Assembly (NCBI RefSeq): GCF_009914755.1
Contig: NC_060929.1
Length of the DNA: 64,000 nucleotides
Reading direction: 5' to 3' (one strand)
DNA from: the human T2T-CHM13v2.0 reference genome, Homo sapiens
The translations under genes were made by a program, and so were the position numbers. The notes beneath the pieces were generated by a model. That model saw nothing but the letters and a program-made list of their open reading frames with translations, had not been told where the DNA came from and did no database searches. This document shows, piece after piece, positions 19,077 to 36,108 of the stretch; position 1 is the stretch's first letter; every line of letters starts with the position of its first letter.

Positions 19077-19350
19077 ATATTCGTAAAAGTAGGGAAGTGA
19101 TAGTTCTGGCTCCAGGTGATGGTGCAGGGGCTAAGAACTTCAGCCCTAGTCAATCCTGACTGTGCCTCATATGGACCATGTAAAGGTAGCACCTTATGTT
19201 TTTGAATTTTAGTTTCTTCATCTGTAAATTGGGGGTATAAAAACAGCTACTGTATAGTGTTTTTGTAAGAATGAAATAAGATGATAAAAAATAAAGCACC
19301 TAGCAGAGTACCTGGCACACAGTAAGTGCTGAAAAATTAATAAGCATTAT
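19077..19350 (+). mobile_element. MIR; 19077-19243 is the right arm of the inverted repeat
   Basis: MIR core agtttcttcatctgtaaattggggg and 3' end cctggcacacagtaagtgct. Confidence 0.85.
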
Positions 19351-19552
19351 TATTGTTGTTGTTGCTATTGTATTTTACTTGTTGTTTGGGTGAATTTACT
19401 TTAAGAGGGCCAGGTAGTCAGTGCTTTACTGAGAGGAGGGACTGAAATTTTGTCACATGATGAATGCTGAAAGAGCCTAGGGTTGGTCAGCTTGCTGTGC
19501 AGGAGGTCTGAGGCAGCAGCTTTCAATTACACTAAGGAATTCCAGAAGAAAA

Positions 19553-22358
<2,806 letters not shown>

Positions 22359-22539
22359 TAGCCAGGTGTGGTGGCACCCACTTGTAGTCTCAGCTACTTA
22401 GGAACCTGAGGTGGGAGGACTGATTGAACCTAGGAGGTTGAGGCTGCAGTGAGCCCTAATTGTGCCACTGCATTCCAGCCTGGGAGACAGAGTGAGATCC
22501 TGTCTCAAAAACGACAACAACAACAACAACAACAACAAA
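22359..22539 (+). mobile_element. Alu right monomer (AluJ/FRAM-like) with (CAA)n tail
   Basis: tagccaggtgtggtggc...gaggttgaggctgcagtgagc...tgtctcaaaa followed by caa repeats. Confidence 0.88.
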
Positions 22540-23095
22540 GGTAGAATTATCCCCATGGGACCCTAGAAGGGGAAGTAGGATGAACCAAAAGGAGTTTCAG
22601 AGAAACCAACCTCAGCTAAATATAGTGGGAACCTTCTAATAGCCAAAGTGCCAAAGTTCTTAGGATAGAATAGTTTTTTGCTTTTGTTTTTTTCAGAAGT
22701 ACAGACTTCCTCATCTCTAAATTAAATTAAATTGCAGTTAGAAGAGTGATACCTACTGTTGGAGGTGAGGTTGGATGTGGCCTTGCTAACTGCAGAGCTA
22801 GGGCCTAGTTTGAATGAGGTGTTTACTTAGGGCCTGGCGTCCTCAGCATGTTCATTAAAATTTATGAACATTACATTACAACATTCATTCTCACACTTGT
22901 TCTCCAACCATAAAAGAGATTATTTTCTTCACTGAGTAGGGCAGGGGGTTATGATTTTTTATAAGCAACCCCTCCAATAGCCTGTACTGTACAATCTCCC
23001 AGCCTCTAAGTCCCAAATGTACACAACACAGCCACACGGGTAAGGGGCACAGAACTGTCCGGGAGTGCTGCTGAGACGTTTTGTTTTCCACTTAC

Positions 23096-23249
23096 CCCTC
23101 ACCCCTGAATGCATCATTATCCCTCCCCGGCTGAGGTGTCTCCTTCCCATCAGCCCTTCCTCCAGGGTCCAGCTTCAGGAAAGGCCCCATGCTAAGTAAT
23201 AAATAAGAGGCGGGCAGGATTTTAAATCTCACCACCCTGGGTTTATTCT
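23096..23249 (-). other. Candidate 154-nt exon of a minus-strand transcript
   Basis: Minus-strand acceptor ctctatttttcttccattttactatcag| and donor GGG|gtaagt. Confidence 0.45.
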
Positions 23250-24107
23250 CTGATAGTAAAATGGAAGAAAAATAGAGTGAAACCTTCATGATTTATGGGC
23301 TCCCTTCCCTTCGGAGGTTTTCCAGTTGCATCTTTGTGCTATGCTTGACATTTATGATATAAGGTATTGATATCTGCAAAGAAGAGCTGCTGGTGCTAAT
23401 TATTCAGACCTGCTGACAGTGAACTGGTGAGCAGCACTCATATGTCAGATCCCATCTACACATTAAGTCTTTCACTTAAAATAGGTGGGAATTATGAGGC
23501 ACTATGGGCTTTAGCAGTATAGATTGTGCAGAAAGTCTATAGGATATATTAGTAAATCAACTATGATAGGGCTGCTGAAAAGCAAGCCAATACCTGTCTG
23601 ATAAATAGAATCCCCAGGAAAGTCTTTGATTTAGGAAATGTGCCAGAGACATAAAATGATATGAGGGAGGGAAAATGCAAATGATGAAACTAACTTTTCC
23701 TACTTCAGAAAGGAAAATGTTTGCCTCTCCTTCCAGTCCTTCAGGTTGTCAGATGTGCCTTGTTTCTAGCAGCTATTTGTAATATTAATCATTTTAACAG
23801 TATCAAACAGACTGGGTTTTTACACTTGATAAATTTTTGATGTTGAACCTTTGAAAAATGCAGTGATGTGATTTTTTTTTTCTCCAGAGTTTCTCCCCAG
23901 AAGCCAGTGTTAATTTGCAGATGCCAACACATGACTAAATGGTTTTATCTCAAAAGATTAATCCACATTAAATTAACATAGGACCAAGGCCTCAGAATTG
24001 TATAGCCTTTTGTTGTGAGAGATTCCAGGCTTTGTGACTCTGATAGACAGGCTGGCAATTGTCTCCTCATAAGGGATGGTAGCTGGTTAATCAGTCAGTC
24101 AGCCTGG

Positions 24108-24695
24108 TAGACCCAGTTATTGCCTACCTAACAGTCAATGCCCTCTTCTTCTTTATTAAGAACACCAATTTTGTTCAGGGAGCAATGTGCTCAGCTCCAG
24201 ATGATGAGATATGATAGATCTGCTTCCGTTCCGGTGAACTAAATTCCCTGTGATTGGTTCAGAGGTGAGGAAGTGACCTAATTCCGGCCAATGAAATGCA
24301 AGAGAAGGATGGAAAGGAGCTGAATGGGTTGGAGGAGGAAGGGATGGTGGCTTCCAGAAAAGAAAATAAAAGGTGATCATCATGTGGAAGTTAGTCTTTT
24401 TTTTTCTGTAATTTCCTTCCAGAGACTGCATGTGGCTGTGAGAAAACTGGTTCCTGGAGCCAGCAGCTATGTTGGGCTCTTGAGTGGAGACCATAGCCAG
24501 AACTTTGGGTGGCAGAGCAGACAGATGGGAAGAAACTGAGCCCTTGCTGATGTCGTCAAGCCACCAAATCGACTGCAGTCAGTTCCTTCTGCCTACCTCT
24601 AGATCACTTTTTAAACAAATAACAAATGTCATGATGCAAGCCACTGTTAGTAAAGGTTTCTGTATGCTGCTGCTGGAAGTATTTCTAATGATACA
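24108..24695 (+). mobile_element. Old ERVL-class LTR (LTR16/LTR33-like)
   Basis: tgattggttcag...gtgacctaattccggccaatga motif and degenerate LTR ends. Confidence 0.55.
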
Positions 24696-24749
24696 GCCAA
24701 TTTGCAAGCCTGGAAATTGTTCTTTCTCTCTTAAAAAAATTCATGTCAT

Positions 24750-24943
24750 ACACAGGGCAGGGAACATCACACACTGGAGCCTGTTGTTGGGTGGAGGGCT
24801 GGGGGAGTGATAGCTTTAGGAGAAATACCTAATGTAAATGACGAGTTGATGGGTGCAGCAAACCAACATGGCACGTGTATACCTATGTAACAAACCTGCA
24901 CTTTGTGCACAGTTAACCTAGAACTTAAAGTATAATAAAAAAA
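24750..24943 (+). mobile_element. ~190-bp 5'-truncated L1PA 3' end with TSD
   Basis: L1PA 3' UTR; aaaaaaatt(c/t)atgtcataca on both sides; TT/AAAA endonuclease site at 24731-24736. Confidence 0.92.
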
Positions 24944-25899
24944 TTTATGTCATACATGCATATGGTAAAGCAAAATGTTGAAAAATATATCATGGTGTTA
25001 AATAGCAAGTACAAGTATTATTCCGAGCTCCCAGTATCCTCCTCAGAGGCAACTACTTTTAATTGCTTCTGTTTCAGTCCTCTGATGGTTAGACTGTAAT
25101 TTAGGGTAATTTGCCTATTCTTCTATACTGAACACATTATTTAGACAGTATATATTCCTTCCCTACTTTGAAAGAATTTATTTTCTACTATTCTCCACAT
25201 GTATTACATTTCCTCTACAGCTACATTTATAGCTTTAAATCAATAAGTGCCACTTTTCACATTTTTTACTACATTATATATAATTAAATGCAGAATTAAG
25301 CGGTTTAATCCCCAGAAAATGGAATGTAATCCTATGTCACTAAACTAGTCATAGAAGCATGTTCTAGGCATTGAGATCAAATGGATTCTCTTTCTTCACA
25401 CTCAATTTCTTCAAAATCATGCCACACTTTAGTTCATATTTACACACTGGTTCTTGAAACTATTTTTTTATCCAAAATTGCTAATTGTCTTACATTTTTC
25501 TTGTTGCAAACAGAAACACACGTGTTCTTCATGATATCACAAAGACATCAGCTTCTTAGTTATACTATTGTTGAATGAAAAAAACTTTCTTAGAAGATAT
25601 TATTTTCCTAGGTGTCTGATTTCCTATCCTAATTTGGTCAATAACATATTCCTACAGAACTGTGAAAAAGGCATTGTTCCATTTTCTTCTGGTGGTATTT
25701 CAAATGAGAAGTTCAATGCCAATTTTATTTTAATTTTTCTGTAACTTTTTTCTTGACACTCTTTAGCATTTTTCCCTGCCCTTCTTTAGTGTTTAATTCC
25801 ATAAGAATGAATTTGAGAGTATCTATATATTTACTCTGCTTCATATAGAACCTTCAATCTTTTTATTTTCAGTTCTGGAGATTTTCTTCTACTTTTTTT

Positions 25900-26320
25900 T
25901 TTTAGTTAAAAATAAATAATTCACACACCATAAAATTCACCCTTTTAAAGCATACAAAGAAACGGTTTTTTTATATTTACAAAGCTGTGCAACCATCACC
26001 ACAATCTAGCTTCAGAACATTTTCATCACCCCCAAAAGAAATCCCACACCCATTAGCAATCACTCACTCATTACCCTTTTCCCCCAGTCCCTGGAAACCA
26101 CTAATTTACTCTCTGTCTCTATGGCTTTGCCTGTTCTGGACTTTTCATATAAATGGAATCATACAATATGTGGCCTTTGTGCCTTTGTGTGTGGTTTTTC
26201 TCACTCAGCATAATGTTGTCAAGGTTCATCCATGTTGTAGCATGTAGCTCCTTTCCTTTTTGTGACTGGATAATATTTCATTGTATGTATATACCACATT
26301 TTGTTTATCCGTTCTTCACC
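25900..26320 (-). mobile_element. L1MB-type 3' UTR fragment
   Basis: ccataaaattcacccttttaaag...ttcatataaatggaatcatacaatatgtggcc. Confidence 0.8.
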
Positions 26321-26530
26321 TATGGTTTATTCAATGATTTTCTCCTGCACATTTTTTTTTCAGCTTTCTTCTGACAGTTCTGTTAGGCGGGTGTAGGACT
26401 TCTATTGATTCTCTGATTGTAACTTTTGTTTCATACTTTCTATTTCTTTTTACTCATCATTTTGGTAGATTTCCTTGATTTCATTTTTCAGTGTTTGTGT
26501 TACAGGTAAAATTTTTTAGCAGCCATATTT

Positions 26531-26573
26531 TTATGAGACTGAAGCGCTACCGACTGAGCTAACGAGGCACTTT
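26531..26573 (-). pseudogene. tRNA-Met(CAT) 5'-half tailless retropseudogene with 5 extra 5' nt and a 12-bp TSD
   Basis: Minus strand AAAGT-GCCTCGTTAGCTCAGTCGGTAGCGCTTCAGTCTCATAA vs elongator tRNA-Met GCCTCGTTAGCGCAGTAGGTAGCGCGTCAGTCTCATAA; TSD agccatattttt at 26521-26532 and 26574-26585. Confidence 0.9.
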
Positions 26574-26645
26574 AGCCATATTTTTAATTTCCAGTAACCC
26601 TTTCTTGTTTTCTGGTTGTTCCTTTTTTATAAGAAGCCTCTTTTG

Positions 26646-27651
<1,006 letters not shown>

Positions 27652-28679
27652 TGGATGTATCTGGATGTCTTCTTAAGTGAAATAATTATTCAGAAAAAAG
27701 AACAAGTTCCATGACTCACACTCACATCACCATGTACTTTGGCTCTCTTCATTCAAGTTTTTTTTTTTTCAGTAAAATAAAGTCCTAATTAAAAGAAAAA
27801 ATGAACAGATTCTCACAGGTAGTTTCAGGAAGTATCCCAAAGACACTTAGGTATTGACATCTTCGAGAAGTTTAGCTTAGTTTTTTAGCCATTCTGTAAA
27901 TATGGCCTGATAGTAGGTTACCTCCCCAGCTTACATATTTGTGACATGGATGGAAGCTACAATTTAATTTTTAGCTGCGTGGAACCTGAATCAGGGCAGC
28001 TTGACCTGGGTCATAAAGAAATTCAAAAGGGACTCAAGACGTTATATTAAAACCTACTAAAGTGGATATAAAAATATAAAACACATGCCTCACCTCAACT
28101 CCCACTAATTTTTTGAAAGAAATTCTTTAGAAAAGGAAAATTCATTTAAAAACAAAACTAAAACACCCATTTATCTTTCCAAGGCATAAATGACCACTAT
28201 CTTTCACTTTGGGGCTTTTCTTTCTCTCTCTTAAAAATTCAAGGGGAGTTGGAGAGGCTATAAAAGTCTGTCTTTGGGTTGGAAAAAAAGGGAAGCTTTC
28301 TGTAGGCAAAAATCTCCAGCGGGTGGGCTGCAGTCTCCTCCCCGTGAGATCTTGCAGGTATAATATTCTGGCAAAAACGACTTTTCATTCCGTGAGAGGG
28401 ACGGAAGACAGTGAGGACATCACAGCTTTCAAACCTCTTGTTGTCCACCGTCCTGGAGTGGGAAGGTGGTGAAGCTCTTACATTCGCTTGCCTTTTGTTT
28501 CTTCTGGGTCTTCGCTGTGATCTCTTTCCCTGTCCCCCGCCGGCCGCACCTGGACACAGTAAAGGGCCACAGTGAGGGCTCTCAAGCTTTGGAGCCGCTG
28601 AGTCATCTGATCTTCATCGCGCTAAGCTCCTGACAGATGTTACACAGGTCAGGGATGTTTGGGCAAACCTCTCACCGTG

Positions 28680-28860
28680 GCGTTGGAGTGCAGTCCAGCT
28701 CTGTCACTAATGCTTAACCTTCCTATGGGCTCAGTTTTCTCACTTGTAAAAAGGGGTCCCTAATACTTGCGCACCTTACAGGAAGTAACATAAGCCAGGG
28801 TATTTGTGAGTGCGTTTTGGAAAGCATAAAGCCCTCTTGCAAATGTGAGATGTTATTATT
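28680..28860 (+). mobile_element. MIR fragment
   Basis: gcttaaccttcctatgggctcagttttctcacttgtaaaaagggg. Confidence 0.65.
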
Positions 28861-28929
28861 GCTTCCCTTACCCTGGCTCTAGTTCCAGCCCGGGGCCTGC
28901 CCACAGAAACCAGCTGTTCCTGTTTCCTC

Positions 28930-29520
28930 TGTGTCCCGCGGTAGCACCGAGGAGGCTGGTGCACTGGGCTCCGTGGTTCCCGCCCGGGCCCGCCGCAGCC
29001 GGCTCTGAGGAAGCGGCTCTGAGGAAGCAGCGCACCGCCAGCCTCGTCCTCGCGCCGGCGACCCTGGGGCGGGTCACCTCGCCGGGTCGAGGCCTCCCGG
29101 GCAGGCCTGGCGGAGGGAGGAGCGAGGCCTGCCTGCGGGAGACCCGGGGAGGCGCGTCATGTGCAAAAGGGTGAGGCTGCCAGGAGCTCACGCGCCGAGG
29201 AGTGAAAGAACGGGGTGCGGAGGCTGCTCGAGGGGAGGCGAGGCGGCGGGGAGGCGAGCGCGAGCGACCAGGAAGCAGGAAACCCGGGCAAGCTACCTAT
29301 GCCCTTTACGGCACCTGTTTATTTTCAAGTGGCTTCCTCCCTCACCTCCTCCGGGCGTGTGTATCAGCCGGCATGGCGTCTCTGCCCCATGCCCTGGGCC
29401 GCCAGGGGCCCGCAGGCTACGCGGGAGGTGGAGCGAGGGGAGCGAGCAGCGCACCCCCCTCTGGGGGCCGAAGCAGGGACGCCCAGGGCGCAGGCTTTCG
29501 GGCTGGACCTCGAGAAACGT
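28930..29520. promoter_or_regulatory. CpG island, probable (bidirectional) promoter and first exons
   Basis: ~600 bp of high GC and dense CpG in an AT-rich window; + strand donors AGG|gtgagg (29171) and AAA|gtatgt (29528); - strand donor AGG|gtaagg (28871); GGAA ETS-type motifs. Confidence 0.88.
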
Positions 29521-30249
29521 GTGCAAAGTATGTGTTTTTGCTTGACACTTGGAGAATTCTGTTTTTTTGGCTTTATTCCTGAAAGCAAAAATGGGCAATT
29601 GAGATAAATGAAAAAGAGAGGCATCAATAAGAAAAACGAAAGAGTTCATCAGTGAATTTTTATGGCATCTAAAATTTTAGTTTTTGGTAATTTAGTTTTA
29701 GGCAGCAGATGAGACTGTAATATCCCTTGTAGTTTGTCCATGTCGTTCCCCAAGTGTGAAGTACTATGGCCATCGGCAGCAAAAAAGCGTATTGGTGGGA
29801 TTTCAGGGGATGAGAGCTCTCTCATCAGCAGCCATTCCATCCCATTTTCTTCTCAGGACTGGTTTTTGCTGTTCACTTTTTCCCCTTCCTAGCCCCATTG
29901 ATCAGGGAAAGGGGTGGAGCTGGAAGGCAGGGAAAAGTATGCGTCAAAATTAAGCTCCGATATTAAAACCCTGGTGTTGAAACCCCGGTGTCCCCAGGCT
30001 TGAAGCTAACTGCATGGCGCTCACCCTTTAAATGGTCTACATCCAAGCGGGAAGGCAGAGAGGTCCAGGACTAAGCGACCACCCCAGGGAGGGAAGGACA
30101 CAAGTGAAATCTGCTCTGGGAGTCCCAGATCTTAGTTCATCCTTGGAGAAAAGTCCTAGAGCCAAGAGACTTAGAAAGTGAGATGAATGAAAGAAAGAAA
30201 ATAAACAATTGTTGGGTCTGTCAGGAAAGGAGAATGTGGGACTGACCAA

Positions 30250-30430
30250 GAACGGTTATATTCCAGGCTCCTTACATATATTATGTATCCCTCCCAGCAG
30301 CACAGTGAGGCAGGCCTGTTTTGTGATTCCATTTTGCAGATGGGGAGACTGAGGCACGTGGAATCTGTTTGCCAATACCACGTAGGTTTGTGGATCTTTG
30401 ATTTGAATGTCAGCCTCTGTCATTTTAAAT
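30250..30430 (-). mobile_element. MIR
   Basis: ccattttgcagatggggagactgaggcac core. Confidence 0.75.
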
Positions 30431-30589
30431 CTTGTGTTATTTTCTTAATGGGAAGCAAGAAAAACATATTTGTGTCCTAATAACCCAATAGAACTGTGGT
30501 ATTTTAGTGCCACTTATTCAGTCCCTTTCAACGCCTTTATTTCAAAGTTGAAGAGGCAAAATTGCCCAGAGTTGGGCAAGGCAGGCTTG

Positions 30590-31350
30590 GAATGCTGTCC
30601 TGTGTCAGTGAAGGGCACCCACCATCCACCCAAGCCTTTTAGCCCAAATCTGGACACTATCTTGGTGACTCCCCACTACCTCTTACACGGGATCCATTTG
30701 TAAGTCCTATAAGCTTCAGCTCTAAAGAACTGAATCCTCCCCCTTCTCTCTCCTGAGTTTATGCAGTAGTCTCCTAATTGATATTTCTAATTCCACTCTT
30801 CACCCTGTAGTCATCGTGATGTTTACAAAAATGAAATGGTTTCATTCCTCTGCTTAAAGCACATCAAATAAATCTCATACTCTTAGATTAAAATCGAAAC
30901 TCCTCAGCATGGCTGCTAGATCCTCCATGAGCTCATCCTTTTCTGCTGATCTTGCTAGGGTCCCTCTCTTCTTCCTGCTCCCTGCTGTTGCCACATGGCC
31001 TCCTTCCTGTGTCTTGGGCATATTAGGGATGTGATGCCGGAAACACTCTTTCTTGGAATCTGGTTAGCACCTTCCCATCCATCAGGTCTCTGCTTAAATG
31101 GCAGAAAAGCCTTCCCTGACAGCTGCACTCCAAGTGACCCTGTAAAATTACTCTATCACATCAACCCCTTTATTTTCTTCATAGTGTTTATCACCATCTA
31201 TAATCTTCTTGATAATCTGTATACTTTATCCACTAGAATGTAAGCTGGGGATTTCACTATGTTGTTCATTACCACTTTCCAAGGCTTAGACCAAGGCCTG
31301 ATACATAGAAAATACTCAAAAATATTTGTTGATTGAATAAATGACCAAAT
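30590..31350 (+). mobile_element. L2 3' region
   Basis: ccactagaatgtaagct...aatatttgttgattgaataaatga terminus. Confidence 0.75.
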
Positions 31351-31604
31351 GAGCTTAGGCTTCTTGATTCTAGGCCAGTGCCCCTTCCTTCATTAGCCCA
31401 GTATGATATAGGTGTGTGACATACTTGGGAGACGGAAAACAGAAAGGTCGCCTCCAAAGGCTAGTAGAATCAGGAGAATGGAGAATGTGGAAGAAGAGAG
31501 AGAGCCTAAACAGACTGAGAAGCGTGGGAAGGGAGAGCAGGGATTAAGTCTGGACTGTGGCCTGTGACAAGATCTCCAGTGAATATTTCTTGATTTATCC
31601 ACAG

Positions 31605-31683
31605 ACACTGTGATGGAGTTTATTACACATAACAGCAAATTCCAAAGCAGGAGTGGCAGCAGAAAACAATGAAGGCAAAGGAA
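31605..31683 (+). other. Candidate 79-nt exon 2
   Basis: tttcttgatttatccacag| acceptor and GAA|gtaagc donor, 2 kb downstream of the CpG island. Confidence 0.55.
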
Positions 31684-33619
31684 GTAAGCCCGGGAAGAGA
31701 AAGCAGTTTTTGGACAACAGTTCCTTCACCTCAGCATTTTTCATGGATTTCAAATAAGTGGTAACAATATTTTTATTTGCACATTTTCTTTGAAAATAAA
31801 AATGATCTTATTGATTTTCAAAAAGGAAATAATCAAAGCATATGTTTATATTTTTCTTGCTATTTTATCTTATTTACAAGTGTAATGGTTACCATTCAGG
31901 TGAGGTGGCATATTCTGAAGCATCCAGAAGCTTTCTCTCCAACGAAATTATCTTCCTCATTTTGCTTAAATTTTACATAAGTAGCTGAATGGAGCTTTAA
32001 AGTGCTGACAATCAAGATCAACAAAGGCTGAGAAGTTACTACATACAATCCTGTGATCCCTGAGCATGATACATAGACTTTGAGAACTTTGAGGACAGGC
32101 TCTGTGCTCTGTTCAGTTTAGTGTCCTAAGGTCAATGGCATATGGTGTTATGCTAGGTACTTGGGAAACAGTCACTGTCTTTAGGATGCTTAGTAGATGT
32201 TCAATAAATGTTTAAGATGTTGGGAGGAGCAGATGTGAAATGATAACAAAAAGTAGTACAGGGTAAATGTCCCAAGAGAAGTACAAAACTTGGAGATGTA
32301 AAGGAGGAAATTATGGCTTTTCAGAGGGGTCAGGGAGAACCTTATGAAGGGCAAGTATTTGAAGATAGAAAAGATGGGCACTTATTATTAAATGGATGAA
32401 TACAAGCATTAAATTGCCAAAGGACAAAAAATTCCAAGCAAACACAGAGGCAGGAAAGCATTGCGATTGTAGGATTCAAGCAGAGGAAGAAAAGCGAAAT
32501 GTCTGGAGCAGCAGGTTGAGGAGACTGTGCTGTTGAGGCCTTGGACCCCAGTAGATGTGAGGAGAGTGTGCTGGATATTTCTGTGAGCCTTAATCCCACC
32601 TTGCTGGAGGTAAATTTAATTTGTCATTTGGGTGTTCTCTCTTCTTCAGTCTCTCAGAGACTTTGTGGTTCCTTAAAACACAGGAGAATTGCTCCTAATT
32701 TTTGGCTCATTATGGTGGCCCTATTGTTGAAGTTGTCATGAACTGTTGAATGGCAGTGACTCTGTTTCTCTGCTCTTCTTGGCCTGCAGGCATCTTTCTT
32801 CACAATGGAAGCCCTGTTGCCAAGGGTACAGCCTCCCTAGCTTCACCACACAGTTAGGCTCCGCAGAATCCTTGTCTTCTTCCCCAGGTTCTGCTAGAAG
32901 TAGGACACAGGCCCCTTGATGATTGTGGAAACCACCACACCTTCCTGGTATAGGGCAGTAGGGCAGTCTCCTTCTCTCCTTTGTTACTTCTGCTTCTACC
33001 TGTGTTCCTCCAGCATAATCCACTTCAGGAACCCAAGCTCTTGAAGACCAGGACACAAGCAGGTGTAGTAGGTCATTTGCTTTCAAGCTTCTGCCACAAA
33101 CTTCCCTGAAGTAAGGCGGCAATTAGCCTGGCTACTTGCTTGGAATAGGAGACGAAAACACTGGCAATAAAAAGCACAAATTAATAGTTCAATAAATCAT
33201 CCTTCATATGCTTAACTGGGTGGACAGTGAGAAGGCACTTAAGGTTAATGAATAATAGTATTCATACTTTATTATTCACTTTTTTTCCCATTAGATTAAG
33301 AATGGAAAGAAAGATGAAAAGCAAAAAGAAAGCACAGTAGAGGATGCTAGAAATTGGAGATTTGGAGTATACAGTCTTACCGGGAGCTCATTTGTCATGG
33401 CCAGCTTAACTCTGGGCTGCCCACTTCCTTTTTTCCTTCACTTCGTTTAATCAAGGCTGAAGCAGGTGGCCCTAGTAATAGGGTTGAGAGGTTTCCTGTT
33501 GCATCTAGGTGGGAATCAACTTTTCATTTATTCCTGGACATTACATTAACTTTGAAAGCTATCTGTGGGGATTTTTTAGCTGAGACCATTTTCAAATAGG
33601 CCTTCTGCGTAGGGAGAAA

Positions 33620-34090
33620 TTCACTAGGCCTCAAGTAACAGAAACCCAGAAAAAAAGTGACTTAAAAAATTAGGGATCCAATTATTCTTATTTACATCTG
33701 GAAGCAGAGTCAGGGCTCATACTGAGGATTTGTGAAGCCCCCAGGATCCTCCTGTATTTACGCTCAGTAATCCTTACCATGCTTTTGGGGCCTGGTGGTC
33801 ACAATACTGTGGCTCCACCTCCAACACGATGTATCTAGGAAGGAAGAAGGTATGCACAAAGCATCCAGTCACTTGAGTCTATGTGCCTTTTAAAGAGCTT
33901 CCACAGAAGTTTCATCCTTTGACTTTCACTTGTATTTCATTGGCCAGAACTGTGTTCCATGGCCATTCATAGGTGCAGAGTGGGTGGGGAAATAAAGTTT
34001 TCAGCTAGGCACATTGCCACTGAGAAAAATTCAGGTTGGTTTGTAAAGAAGAAATGGATATTGAATAGACAACTAACAGTGACTGCCACA
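33620..34090. mobile_element. Old MaLR LTR (MLT1J/K-like)
   Basis: caagtaacagaaaccc...tcattggccagaactg...tttcagctaggcacattgcc. Confidence 0.55.
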
Positions 34091-34367
34091 TTCTGTACCA
34101 TTTTGTCCTTTTATCCAAGTTAATGTGCCTCCTGGGAGAGCAAACCAAATTTTAGCGAACATAAATAAATCTTCTATCAATGCATCTCTCCTCTATGCAT
34201 CCACCAAAATGAATCCACCAAAAAGAAATAACTTTTGTATTGGTATCTCATATTATGCATATTATAATTTCCCTCCATTCACATAGATCATACTGAATTG
34301 ATTATATTTAGGGATTCATAAATGTCGTTATTTAGAAAGCTCCCTATAATGGCCAGTTCTTTGTTAA

Positions 34368-34795
<428 letters not shown>

Positions 34796-35583
34796 TGAGC
34801 CAGTTATTGCTTATAACTGCATTGTCCTATACATCCAACTTTATTCAGAATAAGAACTAGTTTCACAGATGCCTTAAATTCAAATACCCAAGGGATCTTA
34901 GTGTCTTTCTCTCCCAAGCTTTTACCTCCTTTGTGTTTATTCACCTCGGTGAGCACACATGCCCACGCCAGAAACCTGTGAGTCATTCCTGAATCTTCCC
35001 TTATGTTTCTTCCTCCCTACGACCATTTGATGTTTAACGTTTTGTCCAGATAGTGTACTGAATATTCTCAAATGTGTCCTCTTCTCTCTAATCCATTGCT
35101 ACCCCTTAGGTTTACCTAGTTTGGACTAGTTGTTTTTAGCTATTTGTTGCCATATGAATAGCTGTCTGTTAGATTTCTTCAGTAACTGCATGTCATCCAG
35201 AATCTGCAGCTCTCTGCGGTAATTTTTATATTATCGTGTTTTCATTTGGATGATATTTTAAAACATGAACAATTGTGGATCACCTCAATGGCTTCCTTGG
35301 AGCTGAGTACTGACAATTGATTTTGGTACCTGCACCAAATCTGTCTCCTGCATGGAAATCTGTCTCCATACAAGTGATGTCATCATTCACATTGAATTAA
35401 TAAATTAATTTGAATTGTATTGTTTTTGTTAGTTTATACACATTTTTATAGTTGCAAAAGAGCTATAAGCATAAGATGCTTGCACTTAATTTTATATCTA
35501 AATAACAATATACTAACAATATTTAAGTGGAGTTTTGGCTCTAGGATAATTTATCCTTTTAAAGAGGGTGCATATATTACTGA

Positions 35584-36108
<525 letters not shown>

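Noticed and set aside
26531-26568. Functional tRNA gene (likewise functional U6 at 19919)
   Set aside because: Only 5' fragments; no B box/T arm for the tRNA and no body or upstream promoter for U6
28845-29649. Several overlapping 100-130-aa ORFs
   Set aside because: Expected from stop-codon scarcity in GC-rich DNA; no recognisable domain
32736-33122. 128-aa minus-strand ORF
   Set aside because: Non-ATG start, no recognisable homology or splice context; cannot be supported without a search
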